A DNA stretch of 64,000 nucleotides from Hydrolagus affinis. Taxonomy: Eukaryota. The stretch lies in the NCBI GenBank assembly GCA_012026655.1, contig JAAILG010000017.1, forward strand, positions 124,001 through 188,000. Reading direction: 5' to 3'. Shown here in pieces: positions 1-12,683 of the stretch; the first letter of the stretch is position 1; every line of letters starts with the position of its first letter. Both the position numbers and the translations under genes were made by a program. Below the pieces are notes generated by a model. The model was not told the origin of the DNA, ran no database searches, and worked only from the letters and a program-made list of their open reading frames with translations.

Positions 1-112
1 TTGAACTGTGATTCAAAGTTCTCGCGGTCTTTCCTCACCCTCATGAGAAGTATCCCAAAATGATTTAATGTTCCTCGAGAGCCTCAATATAAGTTGTTTT
101 GTTGTTTGCCAG

Positions 113-315
113 CTCCATGGTTACGTGGACAACAAGCCCCTCAGCCTGCAGATTTTTATCGGAACAGCGGACGACCGGCTATTACGCCCACACGCCTTCT
201 ACCAAGTCCACCGTATCACCGGGAAGACCGTTTCGACCACCAGCTATGAGAAAATCTGCGGAAACACCAAGGTGCTAGAGATTCCACTCCTGCCAGAGAA
301 CAACATGAGAGCAAT
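113..315 (+). CDS. NFATC2: NFATC2 coding exon (RHD N-terminal DNA-binding subdomain; equivalent to human exon 4)
   Basis: Acceptor ttgccAG at 111-112, donor GTaaga at 316. Translates [67 protein letters not shown](I), the NFAT RHD signature. 203 nt, phase 0 to 2. Confidence 0.96.
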
Positions 316-330
316 GTAAGAAAACTTTGT

Positions 331-703
331 TTCTTCATGGCCTTGCCCCCTTCTATCTCTCTGATCTGCTGTCCCCCTATGAACCTGCCTGCCCCCTCCA
401 TTCAGCGGTCTCCGGTCTGCTCCATATCCCCCTCCTGACCGCCTTACCAGCCTCTCTGCCCCCACTCTCTAGAACTCCATCTTCACCTCGTTTTTTCTCT
501 TGCCTCCTTCAAGGCCAGTCTCAAGACCCTCCTCTTCGATCGTGCCTTCTGCTGCCCTCCCAATTCTCCTCCTCACCTCTTAACTCTCTTCTGCCCCTCC
601 CCCCTACCCTGCCCCTCTCCCTTGCTTGGGTCCCAATCTGTCTGTTCAGTGCCTTGGGACATCCTCCCAACGTGGAAGGGGAGGATATGTAATTTTGTTG
701 GTT
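331..703 (+). mobile_element. L2-clade LINE 3' fragment
   Basis: Encodes LHGLAPFYLSDLLSPYEPACPLHS, the L2 ORF2 C-terminal motif, then a C-rich 3' UTR and the tail gtgccttgggacatcctcccaacgtggaa...tgtaattttgttg. Confidence 0.8.
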
Positions 704-3369
704 ACTATACCAAAATATGTTGTTTTGAAGGAGTATAAATTCATTGGCATGCTACCAAATAGATGTGTATCGTGTGCAATAGGTTAGATGAATGTTTTCT
801 TGCTTCCTAATTCTGTCATCTAAGTCCCAACATGAAATGGATTTGGGCAGTTCCAATCTGGTTACTGGTAGGAATGCATAATAACATCCAAAATGAACCC
901 CAGAAAACCCCAAAACCTTTAGTCGACCTGCTTCCAAATCAGGACTAAATTTAAGAATGTTGTGCCATTTACCATTTTAAGGCTAAAACCACGAACGAGG
1001 TGATGCAGGCCTTTCATTGGTAAACTCAGACAGAGAAAGAATAAGGAAATGACAACATACACACCGGTGTAATACTGCTGCACTCTATTGTGTTTAAAGC
1101 TCCAAATCTTAAGTGCTCTTGTGTTGTCCAATAGAAAATGCAAGAATGTTCAAGCGATGATTTTTAATGTTATGGTGATGGTTGCACGTGTGTAGAATTC
1201 TCAAATCCTATTTTAGCTCTTTAGTACCAAATGTAATGTGAAGTATATATCTGCTGTGCGTTTCACATTGCTCAAACCGCTCGAGGAGTTCTTCGCCAGT
1301 GGGTACAAACACAGCATCAAAGAGCTGAGGAATAATGAAACTCTCCCTTTGGCATGTATGTTGAAGTGTCAATTACTATCAGCGTCAAACTCTCAACGGT
1401 GAAGACATTGCTGAGGACGGCAATTTGGAGCTATGGAGTCCATTTGAGCTCCAACTGAAATCTGTTAGATCTCCAAGCCAGACAGGATTCCTGATTCAGA
1501 GCCAAGTCGTTAGAATCCAGATCCTGGGGTCAGGCTTTTCTTCAATCTGATGCTAAAGTCTGGGCTCATGCAGGTTTGCCTGATACTTCTTCATGTTAAG
1601 CGAGTAATGTGCAAAGTGTTGTGGTTGATAATGCGAGTAACTATTTACATGAACTGTGATTATAGGTTGAGTTATTAGCTCCCACTACATTATTCCCACT
1701 ACATGTGAATAATGGATTTTTTGGATTAATGGATCAAATGATGAACTAGCTGAGTGCTTATTATTGCAACACATCTGTAGACTTGGTCAGTTTGCTTGTC
1801 CACAATCATACATTATAGCTGATTCTGGCAGTGTACCAGCTGCTTATCATATTGAAGTAAGATTATTAAAGACAACAATATAAAGCGTGATGACCTGCTA
1901 TTTGTTTCAGCAAATCCTAAAAACCTGCCGAGGTAGGTGTACTAAATGAAAGCTACTGTAGATAGCTGACAGTAAACAAAATAAAACATTTTGTTATCAC
2001 CACTGCCTTTGACCTAAAGTCAGAATTAAATGACTTACAGGATATCTGCTCCCACGTTCAGCTACCGGCATTGCCGCAGAGTAGATATTGAGCACATTTG
2101 TAGTTTTTTTTTGTGTTCCGCTAACAGCAAAATAATATTACAGTTAGTTATGGATTATTACATAGCACTTTCCACACTTGTGAAGCTCTCCAAAACATTA
2201 CTTCAAATAAAAGGCGGTGTATAAGTGCAAGTTTAAAAAAAATGCTCTTTTACTGCCTTCTATGTATGAGAAAATCTACAATCGAATCCAGTTAACAAAG
2301 GCTAAACAGGTTGAGACCTCTTTGCAATGGTGTTAATAAAATTATAGACCTTTAGTTTTCCATGCTCAAGGTAATGCGGTTTGTAATTGCCTATCCTATG
2401 GTGTGAACAGTGGCTTTGAATTGGCCATTTCCTGACCCACAATTGCAGTGATAGAACTTGGAACAGTGTTGACTTACAGGAGCATTCAGAAGGCAGAGTC
2501 TTTTATATTCACTAATTTGAAAACAAACTACGCAGCAGTTTTGGAGGCGTTTCAAGAATTAAATTGCACGGGTTAATTTCTGTTATCTCCTTCAAATCAA
2601 AGTCAGATCCTAGGTTGCATGAGCAATGTCGAAAATGGATGCACCTTTGAAATGGGGCGAAAGTCTCAAAACAGTTTGCTAAGACTGAATGGGAACCCAA
2701 AGTGGTAGAGAAATTGGGGGTAAGGGGGCAGGTGGCTAAAAGCGTTGTAAATGTTGATGGTTTTCTTTTCAATTTGGCAAATTGAAGCGTTTGATTTATT
2801 CTGCCTGGAAAAGTCTGTATCGGACTGTTTCAGAGCTGAAGACTGCAGAGTGATTGCCAAGTGGCAGATTTCGAGAAGGGTGGATTGTAGAGGAAGAGAT
2901 TTTTAGATTGCCTTTGTTATCAATGCCAAAATGCTATGATTACGAATGCTATTTTAGACAGTCAAACAGATTAAAATCCCTTTAATTAAAGTGCTTTGTG
3001 GCACTGTAGCGGGCTTTAGCTTCTGTCAGCAAGAACACAGGCCAATGAGTTGCAACCCAATACAGCCACAACACAGCGACGTGGCAGCAGGGCTGCTTGC
3101 CTTTAAACTTGCCTTTAAACTGCAGCCAGTCTCAAGGGTACAAGTGCTCAACCTCTTTCTGTTTTTATTATCCCAACTGCAAGGTTTCAACGGTAGAGTT
3201 AAAATTCACAATTCATCTAACATCCAAACATGCACCACGTAAAGTGAAAATTCTACCAGATGAGTGGCAATAAATTGGTGGTGTCAAGTTGAAAAGCCCT
3301 CAGGTTGTGTTGGCTGCAAGATCTCACCCTATCACGACAGTTGATAGTATTCTGTGATGGAGTTGAGGA

Positions 3370-3700
3370 TATCCTGGGACATCAGGAGAATGTCCCAGAT
3401 GCTGAACAGTCAGGGTCAGGACCTGAGCAAGGCGGAAGGGCAGGGTGTGGGGGAGGGGAGGTAGAGAGCTAGGAAGGTGGCAGAAGGCATGATTGAAGAA
3501 TGGGATCTTGAGACAGCTTTGAAGGAGGCAAGGGAGGAAGCAAGGCAAAGGGACTGTGGGGATGGAGTTCCAGAGTGTGGGGGCAGAGAGGCTGAAAGCC
3601 CAGTCACTGATAGTAGGCTGGGCCAGGGGCTGGGGGACGTGGACCAGACCAGGCCCACTAAATGGAGGTAAACACAGTAAGGAAGTAGTGAGGGCAAGAT
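3370..3700 (-). mobile_element. L2-clade LINE 3' fragment
   Basis: Reverse complement aligns to the 331-703 copy (ccttcaaagctgtctcaagatcccattcttcaatcatgccttctgcc versus ccttcaaggccagtctcaagaccctcctcttcgatcgtgccttctgc). Confidence 0.8.
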
Positions 3701-5249
3701 TCTAGCTGTTTCAGTTTTGTCAGCTGGAGGAGTCCTTGAGAAGTGTCCTCCATCCTCTTGACATGAAATTTAATTTCACAAATTTTATAAATGTATTACA
3801 TTTTACAAATGTAATTTTGTTGTTGTCCTAATGGAATCCATTCAGGGTCTAACATGATTCGCCTGCACCTGTTCTGCCAAATAGTTTGCTCCACTCCTCC
3901 ACTTTGTTCTCAAAATTAAAAATCAGCAGCTCCCAAACTTGCTCTGGTTTTCAAGGTAAGTTGGCCTCCGCCAGCGAGAATGCCATTGGAATTTTCTTTG
4001 ATTAAGAGGAAAAACGGCCGTAAGATAAGAGCTTTTTCTGAAATCGGCTAATTTTTGGCTTGGACAGTTGTCATCAGGTAAAAAAAACCCAGAAGGATGT
4101 GCAATAGTCTGAAATATTTCTGCATAATTTGAGTAAGGTGTAAACGATAGCATTTGAAAGCTGACGTGAGCAACCCTTATTTTTCCCACACACTGATTAC
4201 TACCTCAGTACTGTCCTGTCTGGGAAGTGAAACACTCTTTTCTTATGTAAAGGAATGCAATTTTCTTCCATTTGCACCCAGCCACCACTTCACCTTTCCT
4301 TATGGCTGTAAATTTTTTTTTGTATGCGGACAAAAGTGAAGTAATCTTGTGAAAGAATATCTGTTAAGAGCAGACGTATTTCCAAATGACTAGATTGCAT
4401 CACTTGCAATGACTAATAAAAAAAAACACACAGTATGCGTAACCCATCCACTAGCTTGGCAAACAGTTACCAAAGGAAAAGTCATTTGAGCAAAAGGATA
4501 CAGTCAAGTTACATTGATTAAATATCAATGTAACTTCACAATGTTCAACAAATAACCTGAACTCTATTGCTTTCCCTTGAACCAAAGGACTTCCATGGCC
4601 AAATCTCTTTTGTACACTGAATATAGAATCATACAGTGAACAGAAAGTAGAAAAGAGAAATTCATTTCCAATCTGTCAGTGATTCATTTTAGAAGATTTA
4701 GAAACTGATGATTGTGGGGAGCTAATTCCTGCAGGGTGACAGTTTATTTTTGGCTCCTATTGCAATGTGAATCACGTCTTTTCTGCTGCAATAGTTGTAT
4801 CGAGGAGACCTGCAGATTGCAACTTAAAAAAACCCATAATATAGATAAAGGCATCAAAGTAGTGGAAGGATGGAGTAGAGTGAATCCTTGCTCTATAATT
4901 TGAGCAACTGGTATGTGTACTCATGATAGAACATTAAAATTCTTGGATGTTTTTTTCCCAGTACAATGGGATTTTTCACATCTTGTACGTAGCATGTAGT
5001 TGTAGAGTGTAGATTATTGGAAGTGACCCAATAATCCCCGCTGAGTGATATGATCCAACCAGCCACATCACAATCATATTCCTCTGTACCATGTGTGAAT
5101 GGTTTTGAAGTACAGTATTAAGCAAGTGTCCTGCAACTCAAGTGTACGCCAGATGAGAACATGGCAAAAGGTGGAAAGATAGGAATTTTCCTGCTTGATG
5201 TATCTGAATAAGCTTTGGCTCAGAGTATGATGTATATTTCCTCCTCAAA

Positions 5250-5397
5250 CATACCTTTGGTCACCTGTTACCCATACCCTCCTGACCCTCCACCCCTCCT
5301 GATCCCAACCACTCGGTTGGGAGTGGATCCCTGGCTGTCTAGCACCTTGGAATGTCTTCCTGATGTGAAGCGCGTTGCACACATGTAATTTGTTTTG
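5250..5397 (+). mobile_element. L2 3' tail fragment
   Basis: C-rich stretch followed by agcaccttggaatgtcttcctgatgtgaagcgcgt...tgtaatttgttttg. Confidence 0.7.
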
Positions 5398-6169
5398 TGA
5401 TACAGTATTTGGAAAAGTCAATGAGATGGTGATAACTCAGCACTTTTTCAGCAGGAGTCCTCGCCGTCTTTTCTCAGGCTGTTTTTCGTATATGAGGTTT
5501 AAAATGCTTCATACTTTGTACCCAGTGAAAGCTGCCTTTCATTTCGCCTTGTGAGGCTGCTGTACCACATGTTTCTAGTGATCTACTCAGTCAGCCTAAC
5601 AAGCGAAGAACTCTCTTTATCCCGGGTTACATTTTTCGGAGTTTAACTTAGATTTTTTTTAAATCAAGAAAAAGAGAAGAAAAACAACTGCAAAATCTGC
5701 AACAATTTTGACATGGAAGCTCAGTCATTTCTGCACAGTCAGGCTAGGCTGCATGAGCCACAAAGCAGATTTCAGCAAAATATGATCAAAGAAGAAAAAT
5801 ATGCAATGGCGATAGTAATCTATGTATGTTTTTCTTTAATTCATTGAAACCTATTTTAATCTGGGATCAGTTAAGTCAGTAAATATTTCTGGGCTTTAAT
5901 GCTATTTTTGTGACATCGTTTAGATGTTCAAAAAGTTTGGATTTGACAGACTATTTTTCTGGCAGTTACACTAAACCAGTCGATCTCTGTGAGCTTTTCT
6001 GGTAAGTGACGAATGAGGAGTGCTGTCCGCATGGAATACTCAGACTACATAGTGGGGATGATGGAATGGCAGATGTTCTATTTTACCTGTGTGTCAGCCT
6101 GGATCAGTAGCGCTCTCATCTTGTGTTGGTACTTTCAAACAGATTAGAATTGATTTTAGGAAAAACAGT

Positions 6170-6275
6170 ATGGGATATAGTACATAGGTAGTTTGGGACA
6201 TATGTGCATGCGACTGTCAGGAAGGTAATCTAGGTGTACCTTGGTCATTTTTCGTCTGCCATTTCTTATGTTCTG
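6170..6275 (-). mobile_element. Old retroelement end fragment (CR1-like terminus ttcttatgttct on the + strand); homologous to the interrupted copy at 27980-28380 in opposite orientation
   Basis: Reverse complement agaacataagaaatggcagacgaaaaatgaccaaggtacacctag... aligns with aagaacgtaagaattgctcgtcaaatgaaaactaaggtccacccag at 27981. Confidence 0.55.
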
Positions 6276-6334
6276 AAGTTCTTGTGCAGGGAATCATATA
6301 GTCTAAATTGACACTTAAATTCCTTAGAATTTGG

Positions 6335-6565
6335 AGCTGCTGGAGCTGTGTTGCATTGTTGTAGGTACCATCCCTCGTATGAGATGTCAAACTGAGGTCC
6401 TGTCTGTGTGTTTAGGTGGATGTTAAAGATCGCATGCCACCATTCAAAAAGAACAGGGAATTTCTTCTGGTGACCTGACCATTAATCTCCCACCAAAAAA
6501 TTGGTAATTCGTTCCATGGCTGTTTGTGGGACATTGCTGTGTACAAACTGACTGTTGCATTACTA
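6335..6565 (+). mobile_element. Deu-domain SINE fragment (SacSINE1/AmnSINE1-like)
   Basis: Deu core motifs tgagatgtcaaactgaggtcctgtctg, ggtggatgttaaagatcgcatg and gctgtttgtgggacattgctgtg. Confidence 0.75.
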
Positions 6566-7952
6566 TATTTTGTTATGACATGCCACTTGCCTTAATCTCA
6601 TTTACCTGATTTATCCTCCAAAACCTTCATCGCCAACTATCTATCTAATGTAGGAAAGATAATGTTTGGGTTGATGGGTAAATTTTTATCAAGTAGAATT
6701 TTCCCAACAGAGTATTTACATTGGGGTAAAATTCAAATCTGGTAACTGAGATCTGTCTTCATCTAACTCTATTGTCTATTATTTCATATCTTGGCAACCA
6801 TGTTTATATTCTTCTGATGGGAATTTTTTTTAGAAACTGAGACCGACATCTGAATCTAATCTCCAAGTGGCAGAGAAAGATTGAAACAATTGAGTCCATA
6901 TCCTGTGTCTTGTCGCAATGGAAATCTAAAGTCTAATTACAGAGAAATCATAAACTTTTTTTTGTGATTAACACCATCGGAGTCAACCAATGGACACAAT
7001 TTAGGTTAGCTGATGTTCTCAGGGCCTCCTGTGTTTTTCCCCAAAGTCCCACATCCGTCTGTGACATGTATTTGTGTGCATCGAAAGGTAGAATCTATAG
7101 AGAAGAGATTAACGCCCACTTTGTACTATCGTAGGAGGGACAAAATGAGCTCCATTAAACATCAAAGGACTTCCATTTCCTATTATAAATATGATTATGA
7201 ACTCAGAATGCAATGTTTACTAGCATGATCGTACAACGTGTTCATTACTTTAGGTAAAACATCGTACCTAGAACAACCCCACAGTTGGTTTTAATTGCTG
7301 TGTGGTAAGCACATTTCCTGTTGACTGAACAATGGAGTCTTTCTTGAAGTAGCTTGCTTGATGTTATTGCCCAGTCTATTTATTCATAAAGTTATTTTTA
7401 CATAGCTTTCTTTAGAAGGAATTTTTTGTGTAAGCTGATTTCTGATCCAGGCCCAAACTCATAATCGTGCGTAATAGAATTAAAATCAGGCAAACTTCCA
7501 CATAAGAATGTACATTTGCTCCCAGGTCAGGTGCACCTGCGAACCTAATTCTGGAGAATATTAGGCCCAATGATACAAGGAGCCACTCTGAGAACTGAAG
7601 AGTGCACGTTGGTGTGCTGCTGGATCTGAACCAATACAGCTTGTCATTGTGTCGACTGTGGAGCATGTATTACATGCGAGCATTGAGGATGAATGAAACA
7701 AGGCGAGATCCGTTGAACATGAAGTATCTCTTCTCATTTCCATCACCAACCAGTTCAATAAGATGTATTTGAGTAAGGGAAGGTCATGCACAGTGAACGC
7801 ATATTAAAATTTGGGGACTTTATTAAATCTTGCTCGAGATACTAGGATTATTCAGATGGGTTATACTTTTAAAATTAACGCCAAAATAAAGCAATTTTAG
7901 TAAATTGTGCACCATTTCCCATTATTATTCCTCGCACCTTTTTCTTTCACAG

Positions 7953-8125
7953 CATTGACTGTGCCGGTATCCTCAAGCTGAGAAATGCAGACATCGAACT
8001 GAGGAAAGGGGAGACTGACATTGGCAGGAAGAACACCAGAGTGAGGCTGGTCTTCCGTGTACACATTCCTCAGCCCAATGGCATGTTCGTCTCGCTCCAG
8101 GCTGCTTCCAATCCCATTGAATGCT
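7953..8125 (+). CDS. NFATC2: NFATC2 coding exon (RHD; equivalent to human exon 5)
   Basis: Pyrimidine tract plus cacAG at 7951-7952, donor GTaagt at 8126. Translates [57 protein letters not shown]. 173 nt, phase matches the previous exon. Not present in the ORF track. Confidence 0.97.
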
Positions 8126-8169
8126 GTAAGTTTTCCTTGAACTCAAATGTCTATTCAATGCAGCAACGT

Positions 8170-8420
8170 TCACTTATGTAATATGTTTCATGTCGTCTTT
8201 CCTAATGTCTTGAAGCACTTTACAGCCATGGTGTACTGAGCAAGGAGGGGGATGGGGGCGGAGGATATATATTGAAGTTACGATCAAAGATGTTAGAGGG
8301 TTTTCAAAAAGGAAGGGAGTGTGTGCTATGGAGATTTTGGGGGCAGATATCCAGAGAGAGGGGCGGATTCTAGTGGTGAGATAGAGAGCGCGAGGGAGAT
8401 AGATATGCAGCGGGATAGCT
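8170..8420 (-). mobile_element. Degenerate L2 3' fragment
   Basis: Reverse-strand tail (tttcatgtc...atgtcttgaagcactttacag) followed by a G-rich body typical of the local L2 3' UTR. Confidence 0.5.
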
Positions 8421-9804
8421 TTAAATATATACCTCTGTAATTATCGACACCTGAGTTTCATCAACTTTTTTAATTTAAATGCAAGTGTAAAAAATGCTCT
8501 TGTTATAATTAAAATAAGCATTCCTGATGGGAAGAACGTTTCAAAGTGTTTTTGAGGTGGTCAGACCATCCGTAAGAGTTTTCACACCTGCAGTATGATC
8601 TTCTGCCTCCCAATCTTAAACATCATGAAATACAACACAAGAATTGCAGAACAATTGGCTGCAGTTTTAATATTACATGCCGAAGTGCTTTCCTCCATTA
8701 CTGTAGTAAAATGTGGTGAACACAAGATATTTAGCAAATCCAATTTAAGAGAGTGAATAGAAGCTATCACACTATCCCAAGTAAAATTATTCAACCAGAA
8801 TAAAATCTCAGTTGAAACTGTTCTCCTTGTGAAACTTGTGTTCAATTGGTCTAGATGTTTCTAACTTTGAGGAACTTTTCTAATACTGACTTACAGAAGT
8901 ACATGCGATGGGTTCCTGCTCTGATATAGAGTATCATAACAGTTAACCCAACTTCCTAACAAAAAGTTGAAGTAAGCAGGGCACAACATGTGGTCTTGCA
9001 TAGTAGCAGTGAATATTATGTTTCGTTATAAGTGTTCTGTGAAAGGCAATGTGTAGTCAAATCTAGCTGTAACATGAGGCAAACTCTGTTTGTATTCTCC
9101 AATCTGTCTTCCATAGAAAATGTCTTGTGCTGAAATAGTCTTGAATGAACTGTCAACTCTGTTCTATTTAAATGCAATGTTTACAGTTCTGTAGCCTTCA
9201 TTCATCCAAGTACATTATTTTCAAATCATGAAACAGATGCACCTTTTCCTATTTTGAGTTTCTCTTGTTGTCTAGACGAGCCTGATTACCTGAGCTGAGT
9301 GAAGCACATTACTAAAATGGAAATGCAAACATAAGTCAGGACTTTGACAGATCACCATCACCTGGAGAAGGGCAAGGGGAGGATAATTGCACTGTTTAAA
9401 TATTAAAAATATATTCCTTGCCATACTTTTGTTCAAACGTGAGAAGCACAACTGTATAGAAACAATGAATGTGGACTTTTGTGCACAAATAACTCTAACT
9501 GTTGCTTGAATCGTTCTCATTAAGATAGAAAATTGGGGAACATTCGTCAAAATGTTTCGATGTTTTAGAAATAGTAATAGTATAAGCAGAGTGCCCGATA
9601 ACTGGAGGTGAGGATGCACATTAAGGGTCTAAAGCTATTTGGCCTGAATGATGAGCACTATGCGATTGAACCTTTAATTCCCCGAGTCAAAACAAATACC
9701 TTACCCTTTAAAAATTACTTTGCTTGCTCTTTAAAATTACGAACTTGCAGTTGCTTTAATCTTTTCTCTTTCTCTGTCCTCTCTCTCTTGCTTCCTGGCT
9801 GCAG

Positions 9805-9945
9805 CTCAGAGATCAGCACATGAACTGCCAATGGTGGAGAAGCAGAACATTGACAGCTGTTTGGTTATGGGGGGACAACAGATGATCCTGAATGGCCAAA
9901 ACTTTACACCCGAGTCCAAGGTCTTATTCACAGAGAAGACTCATG
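9805..9945 (+). CDS. NFATC2: NFATC2 coding exon (RHD linker and IPT start; equivalent to human exon 6)
   Basis: Long pyrimidine tract plus gcAG at 9803-9804, donor GTaagt at 9946. Translates (S)QRSAHELPMVEKQNIDSCLVMGGQQMILNGQNFTPESKVLFTEKTH; SAHELPMVE and GGQQMIL are NFATC2-type residues. 141 nt. Confidence 0.97.
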
Positions 9946-10398
9946 GTAAGTCACACCAATCCTTTCTAAATCCAAATGAAAATGTGTGTTGTTGAAAACA
10001 TTGAAAAAAAACAACTGCAATTCTCAGACCATCTACCCTTGTTGTGTATGGGATGTTATTAACGTGAGGGACGACATTCTATTGTCTGGAGGTAAAAATT
10101 CAGCAATTATGGACTCAATACTCAAGCACATACATTTGGACATTATAGACATTATATCTCTTGAAGTGCAAAGCTGACCCTGTATTGCTCCGATATATTG
10201 CTTGGTCAAAGGCTAAAGGAGCAGGCAACAGTGTGATGCTGTCTTATTTATTCCTTTGGACTCCCTGAATGAAACGAGATCTCAATCCAGTGTGAAGCAC
10301 ACATTAGGCTTAAACTTGTATTTAGCAAGCCACCACCCACAGTTGCTGCATCATTTCCACCTGGGAATTCTTACTGGTCGCCTTTCGCATCTTCCTTG

Positions 10399-11190
10399 TC
10401 ATGGATATTGAAATTCAAGCCTCATGGATATTGAAATTCAAGGGAAAGTTCCACTTTATAATTTTATTCAGATAAAGAAATAACATAGGAAGTAAGAATA
10501 GGAAACACAAGTTCTCCATGGATGGGATGCAACTTGCCAAGGTGGAAACTGAAAGAGATCTCGCTGTGTTGGTTGCTTCTCTTTTTATGTCAAAATTAAT
10601 GGAGGCAGCAATACACAAGTCGAGCAGTATGCTGAGCTACATTGCTAAACCAGATATCTTAGACTTCTTGATGTCATTCTCGGCTTCTATAATGCTCCCG
10701 TCAAGGTGCACCTAGAGTACTACTGGATACAGTTCTGGTCACTGCGATACAAGGGAACTGTCCATCCTCAAGAGAGAGGGCTGAGAAAAGCAAGAAGGAT
10801 GATTCACAGCATGAGAGGGATGAATAGCAATTAAACAAGCTAGGACTCTTCCGCCTTGAGAGAAGACGACTCAAGGGGACCTTATAGAGGTGTCCATAAA
10901 TGGGATTGACAAAGTAAATGCAGAAAAGTACTTTTGGAGGCATCGAGGCAATGGAACAAGAGGGCATAGGTTTAGAGTTGCAAAGGGTCATTTCAGGACA
11001 GACGTCATGAAGTTTTCCTTTGTTACCAAAGGATAATTAATGACTAGAGCAGGTTGAACGGAAAGGTAACAGTTATCAGCTCATTTTAAAAAAATCAACT
11101 TGATGCTGTGATAGGGGATGGGTATCCTGGAAAGTTGAGATTAGGTGGGTCAAACGGCCTTCTTTAGCAAAACTGATCTTGTGATTCTGA
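10399..11190 (+). mobile_element. CR1-clade LINE ORF2 C-terminal relic with 3' UTR
   Basis: Frameshifted peptides QLAKVETERDLAVLV, (H)LEYYWIQFWS, LGLFRLERRRLKGTL and KGHFRTDVMKFSF are typical of the CR1 ORF2 C-terminus. Ends caaacggccttct...cttgtgattc. Confidence 0.85.
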
Positions 11191-11384
11191 AACTGACCTG
11201 GGATCACTTGACGCTGAGCTGCGAAAGTGGAAGACCTATAGCATTCCCCAACTAAAGGCTTCACTTTGTTGAGTGCAAACTTCAACGTATGTGTAAAGTT
11301 AAAAACAAATGTATCCATTAATCTATCATTCTCCAGAACTGAAATTATATTGCCGCACAATTCCATGAAAGCATTATCTATACA

Positions 11385-11422
11385 CATATATATATACATA
11401 TATATATATAGATATGTATAGA
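11385..11422. repeat. (TA)n microsatellite
   Basis: catatatatatacatatatatatatagatatgtata. Confidence 0.9.
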
Positions 11423-12594
11423 TAATGGTTAAACCGTTCTTACTGGTTGAAATGCATGTTAAAAGTTTTCATACACTTGTAATTATTCATTCATACTTCA
11501 TATTCATACTTGGGGAGATTGGAAAAAGTTGATCAGAAATATCCCGTCCCACAAAGGATAATCTTCTGTTGACATCATAACTAATAATTACCAAGCTTCC
11601 TGCAACACATACCAGATAATTGTTCAGCTTTTACTGTGAAAGATTGTTATCAGTGATTCATTGTACTACTTTTTTCCACTGCACATTGCTTACATGGTCA
11701 CGCAAGCATGCCAATGAGCTCTGGGTTATGGAATGACCAACAGTATTTTTCTGCTGAGTGGGAAGAGTACCTGCCTTTCCAAGTACTGCTCATGAGCCAG
11801 GCTGGCTAGAAAAGAACTGTTAAAGAGTAGGAGACAAGTTGCACTTAGCCTTTATCATTTGCTTTCAATCTTTAATTTCTGTCAGGTGTATGTGCAGCTG
11901 AAATGTGGATAAATGTTTCACTGTGGTTCGTTCACATTTAGGAAAATATAAATCACACACACTGCTAGTTCACTCCTATCAATTGGACTCTGTGCTTGAA
12001 CTGAAGCCACAAATAGATGGTATTGGGATCGAAATAATAAGGAAATTGCAGTTTCTATTCCAATTCCATTCAGACTCAACTCCTCCGCTCTTCCCAACAG
12101 ATGCAGCATCCTCACGCTAATGACTTTATTCTCTACAATCTGCCAAGGCAGCCCAAATCTGTAGATATTTTTGTTTCCTTTTCGAATGCACTGTAATGTA
12201 GCAGTACGTTGGGAAAGATAATGAATCCATCCATTTTTCCATGCCATATCATCTTGGTTACCAGCATACGTGCCCAGCATCTTCCACTTGGATCTTCTAC
12301 CTTTTCTGATTAATTGCGGTTGGCAGCATATCATTCACTATCATAATAGAAGCTTTCTCTGAACAAATTCCATTTATCTAGATTATTCTGGGAAAGCTTT
12401 GCTCAGTTGATTGCTTCCATATGACCGTGCACCCTGTTAAAGTCTAATAGATTACTGCTCGGCTCTTCTCCCCCTCTGGCTCTCAGAGGCTTCCTTAATA
12501 AAAGCCGATTTTCCTGTAAAACCATCTGTTTAGTACTTTCTCCTTTTCACTGTTTTTTTTTGCGTGGGCTTTTCCCCTACAAAATACAGTCCAA

Positions 12595-12683
12595 ACCACT
12601 TTGCGATATATCCTGTGAAGCGCTTTGAGACATCTCGTCAGAAGTGATAAGATGCTTTATCAAACGCAAAGATGATTATTCTA
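12595..12683 (+). mobile_element. SINE 3' tail fragment (tRNA-Ala SINE family)
   Basis: tgtgaagcgctttgagacatc...gtgataagatgctttatcaaacgcaaagatgattatt. Confidence 0.7.

Noticed and set aside
68-319. Stand-alone 83 aa ORF
   Set aside because: It is a spliced internal exon (113-315) plus intronic flanks.
10399-11190. Active reverse transcriptase gene
   Set aside because: Only the ORF2 C-terminus is present, with stops, frameshifts and deletions.
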